DNA of 64,000 bases from Octopus vulgaris (GCA_951406725.2 OX597816.1:170066001-170130000); one strand, 5' to 3'; shown: positions 38,450-53,229, numbered from the stretch's first letter. Numbers and translations: made by a program. The notes: generated from the letters alone by a model not told the origin.

Positions 38450-41400
38450 AATAAACAACGCAAAGTATATTGGCGAGAAGTTGCAAAACTATGGCAGAAT
38501 TCAAGCAGAGAGGAATGAACAATATAGAAAGGGATAAATGAAACAAAATCAAATGCAGCTCGGTGAAATCAAGCATGAGAACCTTTCCACCAGAGCAGCG
38601 AGAAGGGATTTTGTTAAATAAACTGCGCAACATAGAAAGGCATGAGAACAAGGTTATCATGAACAGCGTTAGTGTACTTACGATACCCCGCAACATAAAC
38701 AGGCTTGAAAGCAATTCTCTCAAGTGCAGTGACAATACATTTTGTGTCAATAGGTTCAAAATCTTAGAGGCCGATAACACTTTTCTGAAAACCAGCGAGA
38801 GCGTACGTTAACACTAAAATACTGAGCAGCTAAGAACAGTATGGCAATAAACTTTTTACGACCAGCATGAAAAGGTTTTAAAACACGAAGAACACCATGA
38901 AGCACATCAATGGCTGTCTCTAAAACAAGAACAGCAGCAAATAACTCAGAATAATCAGTATAATGTTAGTGGTAAAACCAGACAAAGAGAAATGTTGAAT
39001 ATTGTAAGACAGTATGACAAAGTTTGTGTACTAGAACAAGCTCAAAATGCAACCCGTCCAACTGTGGCTTAATAGACGCGTGATACCATCATTGAGATGC
39101 ACTAGTGTATATGGGAGAGCACACTCGATGGAAGATTGGGGATATCCTAATTTTAGTATTTGGTGTAAATCTGGTTTCATCTGTGTTCGATAAGTACCAG
39201 ATTTACTTGGTGGTCTACATCAATTGTTCATACTTGATATACTAGAAGCAAAATATTTCAGAAGCAACACTTGGTAATTGAACTGTGCTAAAGCCATGTG
39301 TAATAACAAACGATGCAACAGATGCTGGAGGTATTTCCACTTAAGTAACAGGAATCGCTGTTATTGATGAGATATTAGCATCTATAAACTTCCTTTTACG
39401 ATTCTGAGGAGCAATTGTGATAGCTCATGTAGACAGTAGCTCCAAGTAATAGAATAGAATATAAAGATGATTTTATTTTCCATACACTTCATTTTTCTAT
39501 GCTTTCAATTAATGACTTGCAATCATTCCTGTTTGTTTAAGTGATGCTGACATAATACCAAAAAGCGTTTCTATTAGATTACATGCCGAAAAAGACCAGG
39601 TGGTGAATAGTAGAGAAGTTATAACCTGTCTACATCCAATGAAGTTTTCGTATACAAACCTTATAATGACATTAAACTCATCATACTGGTAGAAAGCTGG
39701 TAATTAAGTTTTGAGAAGAGAACAATCAACAAATCTTCAGATATTAAGCGATTCTCGTCGAGTCGGCTATGATCCTGTGAGCCATCGATGATTTTCCTCC
39801 TTGTAGCTTATATGGTTGGGATCTCAATACACTAAACCAAAGCAATTACGGAAAAAAAAATTGGCGTCAATTTTATTCTTCTCTGAATATGAAGAAAACT
39901 GGATCGAATAATATAATGCATCACATATGTCCACTTTTCTCGAAAACTATACACTAAAGATTAGTCAGTATGCTTACTTATTCGAAACAATCAACATACT
40001 CTACAAACAGACCCGTATAATGGTCTGACAGTTGCTATCGTTGCAGGCGATGCTGCTCGGACTAGAGGGCGTTACGTACTCGTAAATACGTAAAGAGGCT
40101 GTTCGAGACATACGGCGGCAAAGCGCTAGCATTATGCAATGGGTATCGTAAGGAAATTTGGAAAATCAACATTACTTGTCAGATCTATATAAAACTGAAA
40201 AGGAGAAGAAATTACAAGGGAACTCGAAACAGAGTAGATCACAGTAGCTTGTCCTGATACAAATGCACTCGTTTCTAAACTAAAGCGGCAACGACTTTTA
40301 CGCAATATCGCGTTAGACGTTTTGAGAAATTTAACGGCCCGTTTGAGTAATACTGAATTCTAGAAAAGTTGTTTACTGCATTATTAACTTATTTTAATAA
40401 AATAGAAAACAGCTACAACATACAGCAAGAAACTGAGAATATTGATCAACTTCCCAATGCTGCACACACAACTGGTTTGCCGGTACCCGTTCCAACTTGG
40501 TATGCTTTGCCATAAGTCTCGAACTGCCTGAATAATTGCATTTGGGAGTAGGTATCGTCCTCTAGTCGGCATCTGCCAGACCATTATACAGGTCTGATGG
40601 CAGATGTACAAACCGTGTGGAGAGCAGAACATAACTGGGCCTTGAATGCTAAATAAACATTGCTGCACGATGCACTCACAAAATGTTAAGTGATAACAAC
40701 TGTTATAAACACTTACATCTGCGACCTCCTACTGAAGAAGGTCACACTACATCTTTGCGTGCTGGAACAGGAACATCGGAATGCGAAATCGACTCCTAAT
40801 TCCCTTCGATCTTAGTTGCTCCAAACTACAAAGCCAATATATATGTTGAATGACGAGTGTCTGTTAAAACTGTCATATATCTACATAAATATGTATTTAA
40901 AAGCATTGACCAATCTAAAATCCTGCTAGATAGAGAACGAGCTCGCCTTGATAACGGTGATGTAAATCAGCAAGAGCCAATGTTTGAATATAAAGATGAC
41001 GCGTACTTTAGATTGCGTGAATCGTATTGGAGACTTTTCGAATTTATCCATCAGCAAAAATGTGTCGGTGGAGATTTTAGATTTACATGCCTGATCAACA
41101 AATAAATTTTGATAATAAATCATCCCGTAAAAATGCGATTGCACAAGATCAGTCAAATAAGCGTAAAGCTCATTTTGATAAAAAATGCTGAATATCCAGA
41201 ATTGAACTTGTAACAACTTCATCGAATACTGTTGCTACAGTATTGAAGCTTGTCCAGAGTTTTTATTCCCGGCAGTCTTCCATTTCGGTAGAATCTCCAC
41301 CAATCTGTCTCATGAATTTTCATGATGCGATTGGTCCTGTGTGATGCTTAGCCTTAGTGTGGGATGAATCCCTAATGCGTCAACGACATCCCGAAGCCTT

Positions 41401-41500
41401 GTGTTGCACACTTCGAGAGCTAAGAAACAAGATGCAAATGATTTTCGGCAAACTCTCCCAGTAGTCCGTACCGTAAGTAACATTTTCGATAATAGAAGCT
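38450..41500 (+). pseudogene. Heavily decayed Helitron Rep (HUH endonuclease) region
   Basis: Relics CPDTNALVSKLK, TEF*KSCLLH (cf. EFQKRGLPH), KPCGEQN, NIYVE..SVKTVIYLHKYVFK, ESYWRLFEF; left boundary uncertain. Confidence 0.7.
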
Positions 41501-42281
41501 TGCTTAAAAATTATCGTTCATTTTGATACCATTGGTAAGAAACAGGCGTGTATGTTGCTATCAGCAGAGTGTGCTTCATGATAACAAACACGAGAACTTT
41601 TTTCAGACGTCCAACAAATATATTTTTGAACAGAAAGTTAAAAAATACAATATGATTTAATGTTTGCTTCTTTTTGAAGAAACTCTTGTCACTGCCAGAA
41701 CTGATACAATGAAGACCAACGATAAACAAGAAACAGTTATCAAAGGCGACAAATAAGCATCATCCCCACTGCCATCGCCACCATTTATCATTGCCATTGG
41801 TTTTCTCATTTTTTATTGCATTTCTGGGTGTGTGTCTCCAAGGAGTCACTTAAAGAGAAATGCATTGAAAAATGATAACCGAAATGTATGCAGTGACGTA
41901 GCTTTGTATTTATAGATAATATTTTATTTAATAAAACTTTTCTACATTTCTTGAATTACTAAAGTATTCCGAACGTATCAGACCGTCTCAGCTGTTATTG
42001 AATGAATTTTGATATTTCTGAGCTTTAGAAATATCACTCGATAAATATAATTCATTGTTGCTAAAGCAACACTCAAATGTGCATGATTTCATTATAATTA
42101 TTATCGTTTATAATTATCTCTTAAATGAACAGTAATTATACTGGAAACATTATTGAAACTTTTTCGTGTTTAAATAAAAATAAATTAAACGTAAAAACAG
42201 TTTCACCAAATGATTTCAGTTTCTTCTTTTACGACTCTTATCATCACATATCTCCATAAGAGGCCATTATTATCATTTCAG

Positions 42282-42347
42282 TATCGCCAGAAGAATGGAA
42301 AAATCGGTTTAAACCAACATTTGGTTATTACCGATGTTCTGCACAAC
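42282..42347 (+). CDS. Candidate 66-nt symmetric exon (phase 1: SPEEWKNRFKPTFGYYRCSAQ)
   Basis: tcatttcag| ... |gtaaga; two open frames; lies in apparently non-repetitive DNA. Confidence 0.35.
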
Positions 42348-43659
42348 GTAAGATGGTTAATGATTTCCTATTCTGATTGATTAAATGATAATCATAAAAT
42401 TTATGGTTTACAGGACATCGAGTGATTTGAAACAAAGAGAATTTTACGTATAAATTCTGAAGTGTTTGAAACTGATTAATGTTAACGAACTAGAAGCTAC
42501 ATACATTACTCCAACATGAGTGATTGAATGAAGAAAACCGCCTTACAAGCTAATCATTCTTCAACATATACAATAAGTTCTGGTTCCTTTAATACTCAAT
42601 TCGTCATATGATACATTTCATGAATACCGTTGAATAGAATTCTACATATCGAAAACAACTATTCTTTGTTGTGGGAGCATTACGTCTCTAGACTATGATA
42701 AAGTATATTTAAATTATAATGTCTTACACCTTTATAGTACTTTCCCATAACCACATGACGTCTCTAAATAATTGTAAATACATGGGACATAAAGTATAGT
42801 CATATGTATCAAAGGCTTCCAGTGCTCGAATTTACTAGATAGACACTGGATTATATTTCTCAAGTTGTAAGCAAATGAGAGAAGATGTATTTATTTGAAT
42901 AAATTCAGATTTTAGGATCGGTGACATTCTTGAAAACCTAACGAAACACTGTCTGTTTGACAGGGTTGTTATTTTAAAAATCTTTTGGATAATGGATAAT
43001 CTACCCTGAAGACAGATGGATTGGGTCATTCATAATTAATTGTCTTAACTAATAGCTGTACTACGAATAACTGATTATTCGATTGGTTATTCAATATTCA
43101 TTAAACTGAGACATAAACTGCAATTTTTAGATTAATTTCACATGCCATTTGATTTCAAGTCTTTTAGCAAATACATTTTGGTCATATAACCGGTTGTTTT
43201 CACGTAGTATGTGTAAAGTAAACTTTGCAAATATCAAATCTCACAAAGTATTATCCATGAAAGGAGTGCCAATCATATAATGTCTGTTGCAAATAATAGA
43301 GCTCTACTGCAACATGAATATCTGCTTAGGGTCTATGATCTCACAGATCCAGTACATCGCCTTTAAGGATATAAGAATATATAACGTAATTGCATTCATA
43401 TGCATTGATGGTACTACTACTTACAAAACAGTTTTTTAAAAAATATATAACATGGAAAGTTACAAAAATTTGATTTATCAAAAGATAGAAATCATTTTCA
43501 TATAGACCCAATGAAAATAGAAGTAATTGTAAACCTAATACGCAGTAAAAATAATTATAAACAGGAACCCCCAAAAGCTATAGACCTATATCCGCACTCA
43601 CACATACATTTACGTATACATATTCATACACACGTGCATACGCACAAAGATTTCTTTTC

Positions 43660-45170
43660 TTTTACTTTTAGTAATTTGATTTCTACCTGTACTGAAAGAC
43701 CTGGATTTTAATAACGATACAAAGCTCCATTGTTGGACTGTGAATGATGAAAAATGTTACATTTTGAACATGAAAAAGTCTTGCATGCTTTTATTGTTCC
43801 GCATACAGATTGTATTTGTAATGTGCAAGTTGGGGTGATAAATTTCTTTTTCGACAACCACAGCTTGTCCAGATTGTCACTTAAGCATCTACTCTCAAAC
43901 CCAAGTACACCAATTATTATTAGGGAAAATGTGAATTTACAATCTAGGTATAGAAGATAAATGCTTCAAAGCTGTTTGTTGTTAACCAGTTCCTTTTGAT
44001 TTTAGAGTAGTTACACACATCAGCAGGGAAGCTGGCTTCTTTGGAGTTACATACTTTACCTCATCTATCCTAAAATAACAGTATCTGGTCTGCTATGTTT
44101 GTGCTTGGTAGAAAATTTGATGGGAATTCCCCACCAATATTACTTCTATAGATGGTTATGCATGCATTCAATAACAAATGGTGGATTTTTCTCCCTGGGT
44201 AGTCGTTTTTCGGATGGCATTGTATACTGTTTAAGGGACAACTTCGTGTTGCATAGGGAGGTGGTACCTCGATGATATTTTTCAACAGGTACTGACCACA
44301 TGCGTGATGTCTTCCACAGAGAACTGGCATAATCTACATTTTCAGATGCATATTAGGGACCCGAAAGCCTACAATTTCTTGTTTATTCGGTCATTTGTAG
44401 CAATCTTCTGTAGATGCATGGCCTTTGAAGTGTGATGTGATGTAGCGGTCATGAGTTCAAAATAAATTGCATTTCTTGTCAATGTTATTTTCATCTTCAA
44501 GGCAGCCAGCTTGCAGAATCATTACTCCGCCTGAGATGACATTTAGCGGTAATACGTCCATCTTTACATTCCAAGTTCAAATTTCGCCGGGGTCAACTTT
44601 GCCTTCCATTCTTTCGGGTCATACCAAATAAATAAGTACTAGGACACTGGGATCGTTGTAATTGAGTTACCTCCTCCCACGAAATTGCTGGCCTTTTACC
44701 AAAATTTGAAACCGATATTATTATTGTCTTCAAGTCTCCAGGAAACTCACTAATGTCTAGACATTTTTTGGCATGCAGAGCGTTTCACATGCAGGTCTTC
44801 TTTGGGGGTGTACTGTTTTGGAGTTGTATGGGAATACGTCACAAAGAGAGTGTTTCCCTAGGAGTTCCTTGCCGGCACTACGGATGTTGTTCTCATCACT
44901 TTTCAGCACCAGGTTTATGTATTTAGTTATGCTGCTGTCGATCAGAAAACGCTTGTCTGATAGAGCTACAGGAGACCGTCTGCACTGATTTCAAGCCTCT
45001 ACGTCCTTCATCTCATATTAGGAAGAGAATGACGATATCAATGCTTATGTTGGAAGTCACCAGTTGATGTCAGTATGTTCCGAGGTTTTAATGTCTATGG
45101 GGCGGATTTCCTCAACAGACTAGTCAGTTGAAGCATTTCAAATTTTAGCAACAGCATTTGTAGTGCAAAT
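43660..45170 (-). mobile_element. Old RLE-type LINE remnant (R4/NeSL-like), interrupted by a SINE C at about 44498-44730
   Basis: CRLCQFSVEDITHVVSTC, YWWGIPI..HSRPD, PIIIGVLG, LQIQSVCGT; RT thumb relic at 44750-45100. Confidence 0.7.
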
Positions 45171-45504
45171 AAATTGTGGTATATCGTGTTTTTAAGAGGA
45201 GAAATTCAACTGCCATGTTTTACGAAGTTTGGTATAATATTCTCGTGTTACTCTGTCTTTATTCACAGCACCTTTGTAAGTTATGTTTACCTCATTGTCT
45301 AGATATTTGTAGCTTTGAGTGGGACAGGAGATATCGAAACAGTCGATGCACAGGTTTTGTGGTTGGGAAGCAGATATTCTACGTTAAACAATCAAATACG
45401 AATACTCTTTTTGGTCAACTTCTACTCCCGTGTGAGTTAAAATCGTTGTTATTAAATCCAGTTGATATTTCTGGTATTATTTTAATCATTTATTGTTTAT
45501 TTAT

Positions 45505-45941
45505 GTCAGCCATTAGTCTGCGGCCATGCTGGGGTATCGCCTTGAAGCATTTTTAGTCGAATGTATCGATCCTAGTTCTTATTTTTTTTAAAGCTTGGTG
45601 CTTATTCTATTGATATTTTTTTGCCAAACCGCTAGCTTATGGGGACGTGAACATACCAACACCGGTTGTCAAACGGTGCTGGAGGACCACAAACGGTCGC
45701 ACAGACACACGCACACATACACACACTTACATCCCCACCACACACACAGATACACACACACACACATATATATAAATGCATATATGTATGTATACGATGG
45801 GTTTCTTTCACTTTCCGTCTGCCAAATCCACTCGCAAGTCTTTGGTCGAAGACGGTTGCCGAAGGTGTCACGTAGTGGGACTGAAACCTGAACCATGTGG
45901 TTGGGAAGCAAGCTCCTTAGTACACAGCCTCGCCTGCGCCT
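45505..45941 (-). mobile_element. SINE family A, diverged full-length copy
   Basis: Head, internal (CA)/(TA) tract and tail all recognisable. Confidence 0.85.
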
Positions 45942-46566
45942 ATTAACATTTCAAACTTTAGGTCATTCACCAAGAAATTATGTCTTACATTGTATATCTA
46001 GCATCCTTGTGTTATTAATTACAGACTACTGTAAACAGAAAGTAGAGGGAAATATTAGCCCAGATGCTTTGAAAACTTTAGAGGCTCACTTCTAGCTACA
46101 GAACTTACAATTAGGACAGAGTCTGTTCATTTGTACAGTATTGTAGAGTTCAAACGTTAACTTGTACTTCCTGGGCGCCAAAACGTCCCTCGTGTGGTCT
46201 TTCTTGAACATTTGATGAACTAAGTACTTCGTACTTTATATTTTTTTGTCTAAGTGTAAAAATGTAATGCAAAGCGAGGAAAAAAAATTGTAGTGCAAAG
46301 AATTTTCCTTTCTCATAAATACAATTATTGAAAGTTATTAAGTTTACGAATCATTTGGAATAAAAATAACGATGTATTTTAAGAATCATTTTAACACAGT
46401 AGATCTATTTATCCATTAGCTTTAAAAAATAAAGAAAGAAATCACTTCCCACCTCACCAAGAATACACAATTTTTGGTAAAAGAAAAAACACTTCTACTT
46501 TTTGTCCCTGGAAAATTATTTCAATGCAAGCTGAAAACAAAATTTTCTGTGTGGAAGGTAATAAAA

Positions 46567-46630
<64 letters not shown>

Positions 46631-46713
46631 AATATATATATATACATAAATATATGTATATATGTATAGACCCTCTTTCTCTTTCTCTCTCACACTCCCT
46701 GTATGTGTGTATG

Positions 46714-46750
<37 letters not shown>

Positions 46751-46757
46751 TTACGTA

Positions 46758-46800
<43 letters not shown>

Positions 46801-46835
46801 TTTTATACAACGGAAATCCTTTGTTTGCTGTATAG

Positions 46836-46972
46836 CTATCTGCTGCCAGATCAAAGTTGAAAGCGGTAGTGATTTCTCCCACAAGGTATATAAATACTTT
46901 CCTTCTCAAAAAACTGAATATGTTCGCCAAGAAAATGAAATTATTAATGGAAGAAAGTATCCAGTTATGTAA
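46836..46972 (+). CDS. Candidate terminal exon ([44 protein letters not shown])
   Basis: Acceptor tttgtttgctgtatag|; 45-codon stop-free stretch in AT-rich DNA; no homologue recognised. Confidence 0.3.
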
Positions 46973-47725
46973 AACAGTAAATAGCGAACAGAAGATTGTT
47001 GGTTTGATAAGATAAAGCATGCAATGTGATGAAAGCGTAACGAATCGCCGTGGAATTGTGCAAAGAGAATTAAATGCGACATTGGTATGCATCGCACGCA
47101 ATTAGACATTGATGTAATCGACATTATGTTGCGTTTTGCTCTGTGGTTACCTAACGGCATAACCATACGTACACTTACGCCGATAAGCACAATAGTACAT
47201 TAGATTATTTTATGTCACCTAACGGCATTTACCGACAGTAGAAATATCTGCTTTGACCTCTTAGTTATATGATCCTGGAGGGAGAGAGAGAGAGAGTGTG
47301 TAGGGTATTAAATTAACTCAATTAAGCGTCTAGTACATATCTTAGAAATCCAGATAGCATGAGAGGTTATGCCGACAATAATATAATTTTACAGCAAGAA
47401 AGTAAAAAGCAAAGTCGAATACTGCAAAGCATATTCTCACTGCTCTCATAATTCTGTCAAATCCACCATCCTTCGGTGATACCTCTTATTTTTCGAGCAC
47501 CTTCCGGAGTATTCAATTTCTACACTCCCTAAACTTCTTCCATATGCTGTTAGATCCTCCTATTCGCCATGATTATCTATAGTAGAAGACAAAAGTTGAA
47601 AATAAAGAACATTTAACAAAATATTTTAATGATAAATGGAAATAGTTATAATGATTATAACAATGGTAGTGTTGGTGATGGTGATAAGGATAAAATTATT
47701 ATAATTATTATTAGTATTATTATTA

Positions 47726-47789
<64 letters not shown>

Positions 47790-47790
<1 letters not shown>

Positions 47791-49135
47791 TAGAAACCGT
47801 CAAAGAAGAGAATGTTATCGCAGGGAAAGGCAATACTCAAGAGAGAGACTGAATGCAAGAAACAGGATCGAAGCGATCAATATTTTAGCCATACCGGTCA
47901 TGACTTACAGTTTCAATATCATTAACTGGTCAATTACTGAAATATGTAATCTTGACAGAAAAATGGGAAAAGTTTTGATAATGCATAGAGGCACTCTAAC
48001 GAAGATATAGAACGACTTTACCTGTCAAGAAAAGCGGGTAGCCGTGGACTTTTACAACTGGAATTAACAATGAAAATTGTCACATTTGGCCTAAACACCT
48101 AACTGAAAACTCTGAGGACTGGATGTTAAATCTTGTCTCAAACCATAAAAACAATAAAACATCGTACACAATAACAAAGGAGGCAACGGAATATCTAAGG
48201 GAATTCTGAATACAACAAATTCCAGAATTAGACTTACTGGAAAGAAACACAGAGAAAGCTAGGCGTATGAAAACCGTGCTAAACTGCTGCCTTACATATT
48301 CTTACTCATAAATGGCAAGTAAAAGGTATGAATGGAAAATACCGAAAGAGAGCTAATAGTGCCGTTATTGACAAAGCCCTTACCCATTAATGGTTAGTGT
48401 CTTCTAGCTTAAAATCAGGAACGGAAGAGTTAATCATAGCAGCCAAAGATCAATGCCTACCTATAAGGGACTACCAGACCAACATATTGAAGAACGGTAG
48501 TAACCCAACATGTCGTGTACGTAAACAACGAAATGAAACCATTGATCATGTTGTCTCCATGTGCAGTCTTCTTGCACCCACAGAGTATCTCAACAGGCCT
48601 GATAGAGCAGCACAATATATTCACTGGGTAGATTGCAAAAGCCTGGACCTGGCTCATGATTGAAGTTCATAGGAACACAAATCCCGTCTAGTGCTTGAAA
48701 ATGATCACAACTCACTCCTCGGGAACTTCACCTTTCAAACTGACGGGAAGATAGATGCGAATAGGCCAGACATCATATTGAAAGATTTCAGACAAAAATC
48801 ATGCCTCCTCATTGATATGACAGTCCCAATCGACATAAGCGTATCTATGAAGACCTACGAAAAACTAAGCAAATATACAGATCTTGATATAGAAATTAGC
48901 AAAATGTGGAACCTCAAGACTAAAACATACCCTACGTAAATTACTGTCTATGTAATCTCAAATTTTAAAGCAAACTTATAATTTTCTTGTTTTCTTAAAC
49001 ATTCTCTAGGATGCAAACGAAATAGATGATACGCTAGGCATGAACTTCTAACTTATTTTCTCTTGAGGTTTCTGGGTGAGACTTGGAGTCAATTTGTGAA
49101 AATACAAAGCAAAAGTGAAGCAAATAATAATTTTA
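47790..49135 (+). mobile_element. R4/Dong-type LINE remnant, 5'-truncated, with (TAA)n tail
   Basis: LNARNRIEAINILAIPV, IIAAKDQCL, ETIDHVVSMC, NRPDIILKD..LIDMTVP..KLSKY. Confidence 0.9.
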
Positions 49136-49141
49136 GTAATC

Positions 49142-49278
<137 letters not shown>

Positions 49279-49473
49279 GGCGTAGGAGTGGTTGTGTGGT
49301 AAGTAGCTTGCTTACGAACCACAGGGTTCCGGGTTCAGTCCCACTGCGTGGCACCTTGGGCAACTGTCTTCTACTATAGCCCCGGGTCGACCGAATCCTT
49401 GTGAGGGAATTTGGTAGAAGGAAACTAAAACAAGTCCGTCGCATATATATATATATATATATGTGTGTGTGAG

Positions 49474-49504
<31 letters not shown>

Positions 49505-49717
49505 ACGTTTGTGTGTCTGTGATTGTCCTCCCAACATTGCTTGACAACCGATGCTGGTGTGTTTACGTCCCCGTATCCTTAGCGGTTCGGCAAAAGAGTC
49601 CGATAGAATAAGTACTAGGCTTCCAAAAAATAGTCCTGGGTTCAATTTGCTCGACTAAAGGCGGTGCTCCTGCGTGGCCACAATCAAATGCCTGAAACAA
49701 GTAAAAGAGTTAAAGAG
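49279..49717 (+). mobile_element. SINE family A, full length
   Basis: Head ggcgtaggagtggttgtgtggtaag through tail gaaacaagtaaaagag. Confidence 0.9.
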
Positions 49718-49746
49718 TATTATTATTAATATCATCATCATCATCA

Positions 49747-49801
<55 letters not shown>

Positions 49802-49856
49802 CATTATTATTATCATTATCATCATCATCATTATCATCATCATTATTATTATTATA

Positions 49857-50915
49857 ACAGGAGGTTGTAAAATATAGCAAGTCCTTAACTATGGTAGTCA
49901 GCTAATTCTGCCATTGTTCATCATAGATGGCGTCATTTTATTTAGAACGCTAATAATGTTAGAATGGCATTTTTTATATATTCAAGTTGTTTTTTTATAT
50001 ATTCAATTTTTTTCCTTATTGCCTAATGTAACGGTATGGTAATTTGCATGCTGTTACATTTTATAAGTTACTTAATAGTTGCGATGTCTAAGTGACACAA
50101 CTTAACACCAGATACCAGAGCGATGGTCGCTCAGCTTAGTAGGCTGAAATAAAGCTATTTCAAACGAAGTTAGATGCTCTAAAACGGCCGTCTACAATGC
50201 TGTCCGTCTTTATATAGAAAATAATGATTATAAATACCGCTCTCGACCTGGGTAACGAAAAAACAGAAAGAAACAACGGCTAGAATGGATAGACACATTC
50301 ATAGATTGTCCATAAAAAACGAAAAATGACCACTGACATTTTAAAAGAAATTCAGCAAAAATATGGACTTTCCGCATTGGAGTGTCCGCCATAAAAAAAA
50401 ACTGTCTCAAAGAATATGGAATTCTTGGAAGAGGCTCTCGCAAAAAAACCCACACATTTCTTTAAACAATCGACGTGCTCGAATACAGTTTGCAAAAGAG
50501 CATTTGTATTGGAGTCCAGCAGATTGGTCGAATGTGTTGTGGTTGGACGAGTCAAAGTTTAACTTGTTTGGCAGTGACAGCAGGAAGTATGTAAGAAAGC
50601 GTATAGGCGAAGAATATCATCCAGAATGTATCCAACCTACAATTAAGCACGGTGGTGGAAGTATGATGATGTAGGGTGCATGTTTGTAAAATGCGTCGGT
50701 CCTATAATTCGAATGAAGGGCATTATGAATACTGAGTCATATCCAGAAATATTGGATGAGACTGTTTCCATACACCCGAAAGCATTTGGGCCGATCTTGG
50801 ACTTACCAGCTTGCAACGACCCGAAACACAGCTCGCACCTAGTAAGAGATTACATTAGTTCTAAGAGAGTTCAGTTGATGCAGTAGCCGGCACAGTCGCC
50901 CGATCTAAATCCCTT
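49857..50915 (+). mobile_element. Tc1-family transposon remnant
   Basis: RIQFAKEH..WSNVLWLDESKFNLFGSD..TIKHGGGS..NDPKHSS..PAQSPDLNP. Confidence 0.92.
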
Positions 50916-51080
50916 CATATCTGATGTTGACTTTTTTGACCACCAGGTTGAACGCTTCTTCACCAATGGGATTCAAGCACTGAAGCACTGGTTGAAAAAA
51001 ATCTGTGGACTACAAGGGAGAAGTATGTGCAAAATAAACTTCATTTAGTCAGCCTATGAACATTCAAGCCGACCCCCGTA
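50916..51080 (+). mobile_element. mariner 3' end with right TIR
   Basis: FFDHQVERFFTNGIQALKHW..VDYKG; end cctatgaacattcaagccgacccccgta. Confidence 0.75.
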
Positions 51081-52639
51081 CTTGAAATTTTGTGAGTCAG
51101 CTTCCCGAATGGATTGAACATTCAATTATTTTTTATTAAATTAATATATTTATTAATTGCCATGTAATTTGAGGAATATTTTTATTTAATATTATTAGAC
51201 ACCAACTAAGATTTTTACGCGAGAATCAATACACACAAATATTTGTGTGCGCTCGTGTCGGAGCGAGCACGCGGGTGTATGGGTGTGTAATTCAAAAGAC
51301 GGAAACTAAAGTGCTCTAAATCAGATTTATGTCTTAGTAAGTGACATTTAAGATGGCTTACTCAACTTTGAGGAGATAATCCTTCAGATAAAGGTAATTA
51401 GTTATCTTCTGTCCGTTAGAATGTTATCCACGTGACAGCAGGTAATATTAATGAACCCTTCAGATACAAGTTCTCTGACTAATTTCACATGGAAATCTTT
51501 GAATTCAAGAACGCTGATCACTGTTAGTAATAAGGTTGTCAAATCAATGTATGCACCTAAGTACTCTGTATATTTCTAATGCTTCAACACATGCACACAC
51601 ATACACACAAACGTGTATGTGTGAGTGTGTATGTGCATGTGTGCGTCTGTGTGTATGTTTGTGTATTGATGCATTAGAAATAGATACACGCACACACACA
51701 CCCATACGTGAATCTATTGTTTGCCAATTCCGTGTGTTAAATATTTATTTACTTCTCCTTATCGTATTGTAGATATTTTCTGATAGATAACTTCGCAAAC
51801 CCCAGAAAACAATATATTTTCATGGGTTAGGAGAAAGGTAAGGTTGTATTCAAGAAACTCACTGGATTTACGTGACTTTTGAGATCACTATAGTTTGTTT
51901 TCAGATTATGCCGAAAAAAGAGAAAAAAAGAAAGAACATAAACAAAGATGGAATCGCAGAAGCTTCCAATTGGTGCTATTCTGAATGCTATCCGTTTAGT
52001 TTGTGTGCGTAGCAGCTGTCAGATATGAAGCAGGAGTATAGTCTTGTGAATCTTATTTAAGTTCTTTAAATGAAAAAAAGCAACCAATTAAAACTGGAGT
52101 ATCTCTTGGCATTAAAATGACAGACTAAAATGAATGTAATTTTAGCTATGTTTAACCTCAACATCGCTTAAAATATTGTATCTCGCGATAGTTTAAACAT
52201 AACTAGGAATGAATCCTAGCATCTAATAGATCACTTCTTAAATACCTCCTCAGAATTTATTGATGAGATATAAAGCACCGGTGAAACCTTGCTCCCCCAT
52301 CCGTGGCGGTGTTGTTAATGCACACAGATATTCTCGATCGCATTAAGAACTGTGCTGCTTGATTGATTATAACAAAGTTAAAAATACATCTGGGACACAA
52401 GCCTATAGTCACTATAATAATGGTTACTGCACCTCAGAATCGCCGGTATCATGTTAACTCCAATCATCTTTTCTCCTCTATCAGCCTCATTCTTCTGTCC
52501 AACCTTTCTGGTATACCCTCCTGCTCATATCCTCCCCGCAGGTGATGGCCAACAAATGTTTACTAGGGACATTAATAGCCTCAATTTCACCGATCTAAGA
52601 AATCTTCAATGGTCATGGACACACCCTTGGACACACCTC

Positions 52640-52990
52640 CAAAGGAAAAATCCAGATTTTATCATATAGTGAGAGAAAAAGATAGTATTACATCTGGTCA
52701 AGTTAACGATTCCTCATGAAGATAACATAGACGTCACTCGGACTCGAAAGATCGATTGTTATAAACATCTTGTGGAATGTGAAAACGCAGACTGGAAAAC
52801 AAGGCATTATCTAACCGAAGTTGGATATAGAGGGTTCATTGGTAACAGTGTGAGGCGATGGTTGTTGACCCTAGGGCCTGACTAATAGTAAAGAAAATGT
52901 CATGAGTAATATCCAGTGGAGAAACTAAGCCGCTAGATTTTGTTAAAAAGAGCCGATTAGAATTTGCCAGGAAATATTGTACGAAGTCTA
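52640..52990 (+). mobile_element. RLE domain relic of a HERO/CRE-like non-LTR element
   Basis: PDFII..LVKLTIPHEDNI..RKIDCYKHL..ECENADW...EVGYRGF. Confidence 0.75.
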
Positions 52991-53186
52991 GGAAACAGTT
53001 CATCTAGCAAGAAGGTGGTGGTGGTGAAGTGTGTAGTAATGCCGTCGAAAGGAAGACTCTGGGACGACGCATATTTTCTCCCGTTGACGGCGTAAGTCTT
53101 TTAGTGGACGATAAGAAGAATTTCAAGTGGTAATAGTTGTATCTGCAAGTTGTGTGTTTGTTTGCTTGTTTGTTTGTTTGTTTGTT

Positions 53187-53229
<43 letters not shown>

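Noticed and set aside
42835-43029. 64-aa minus-strand ORF in unique DNA
   Set aside because: No recognisable motif or convincing splice context.
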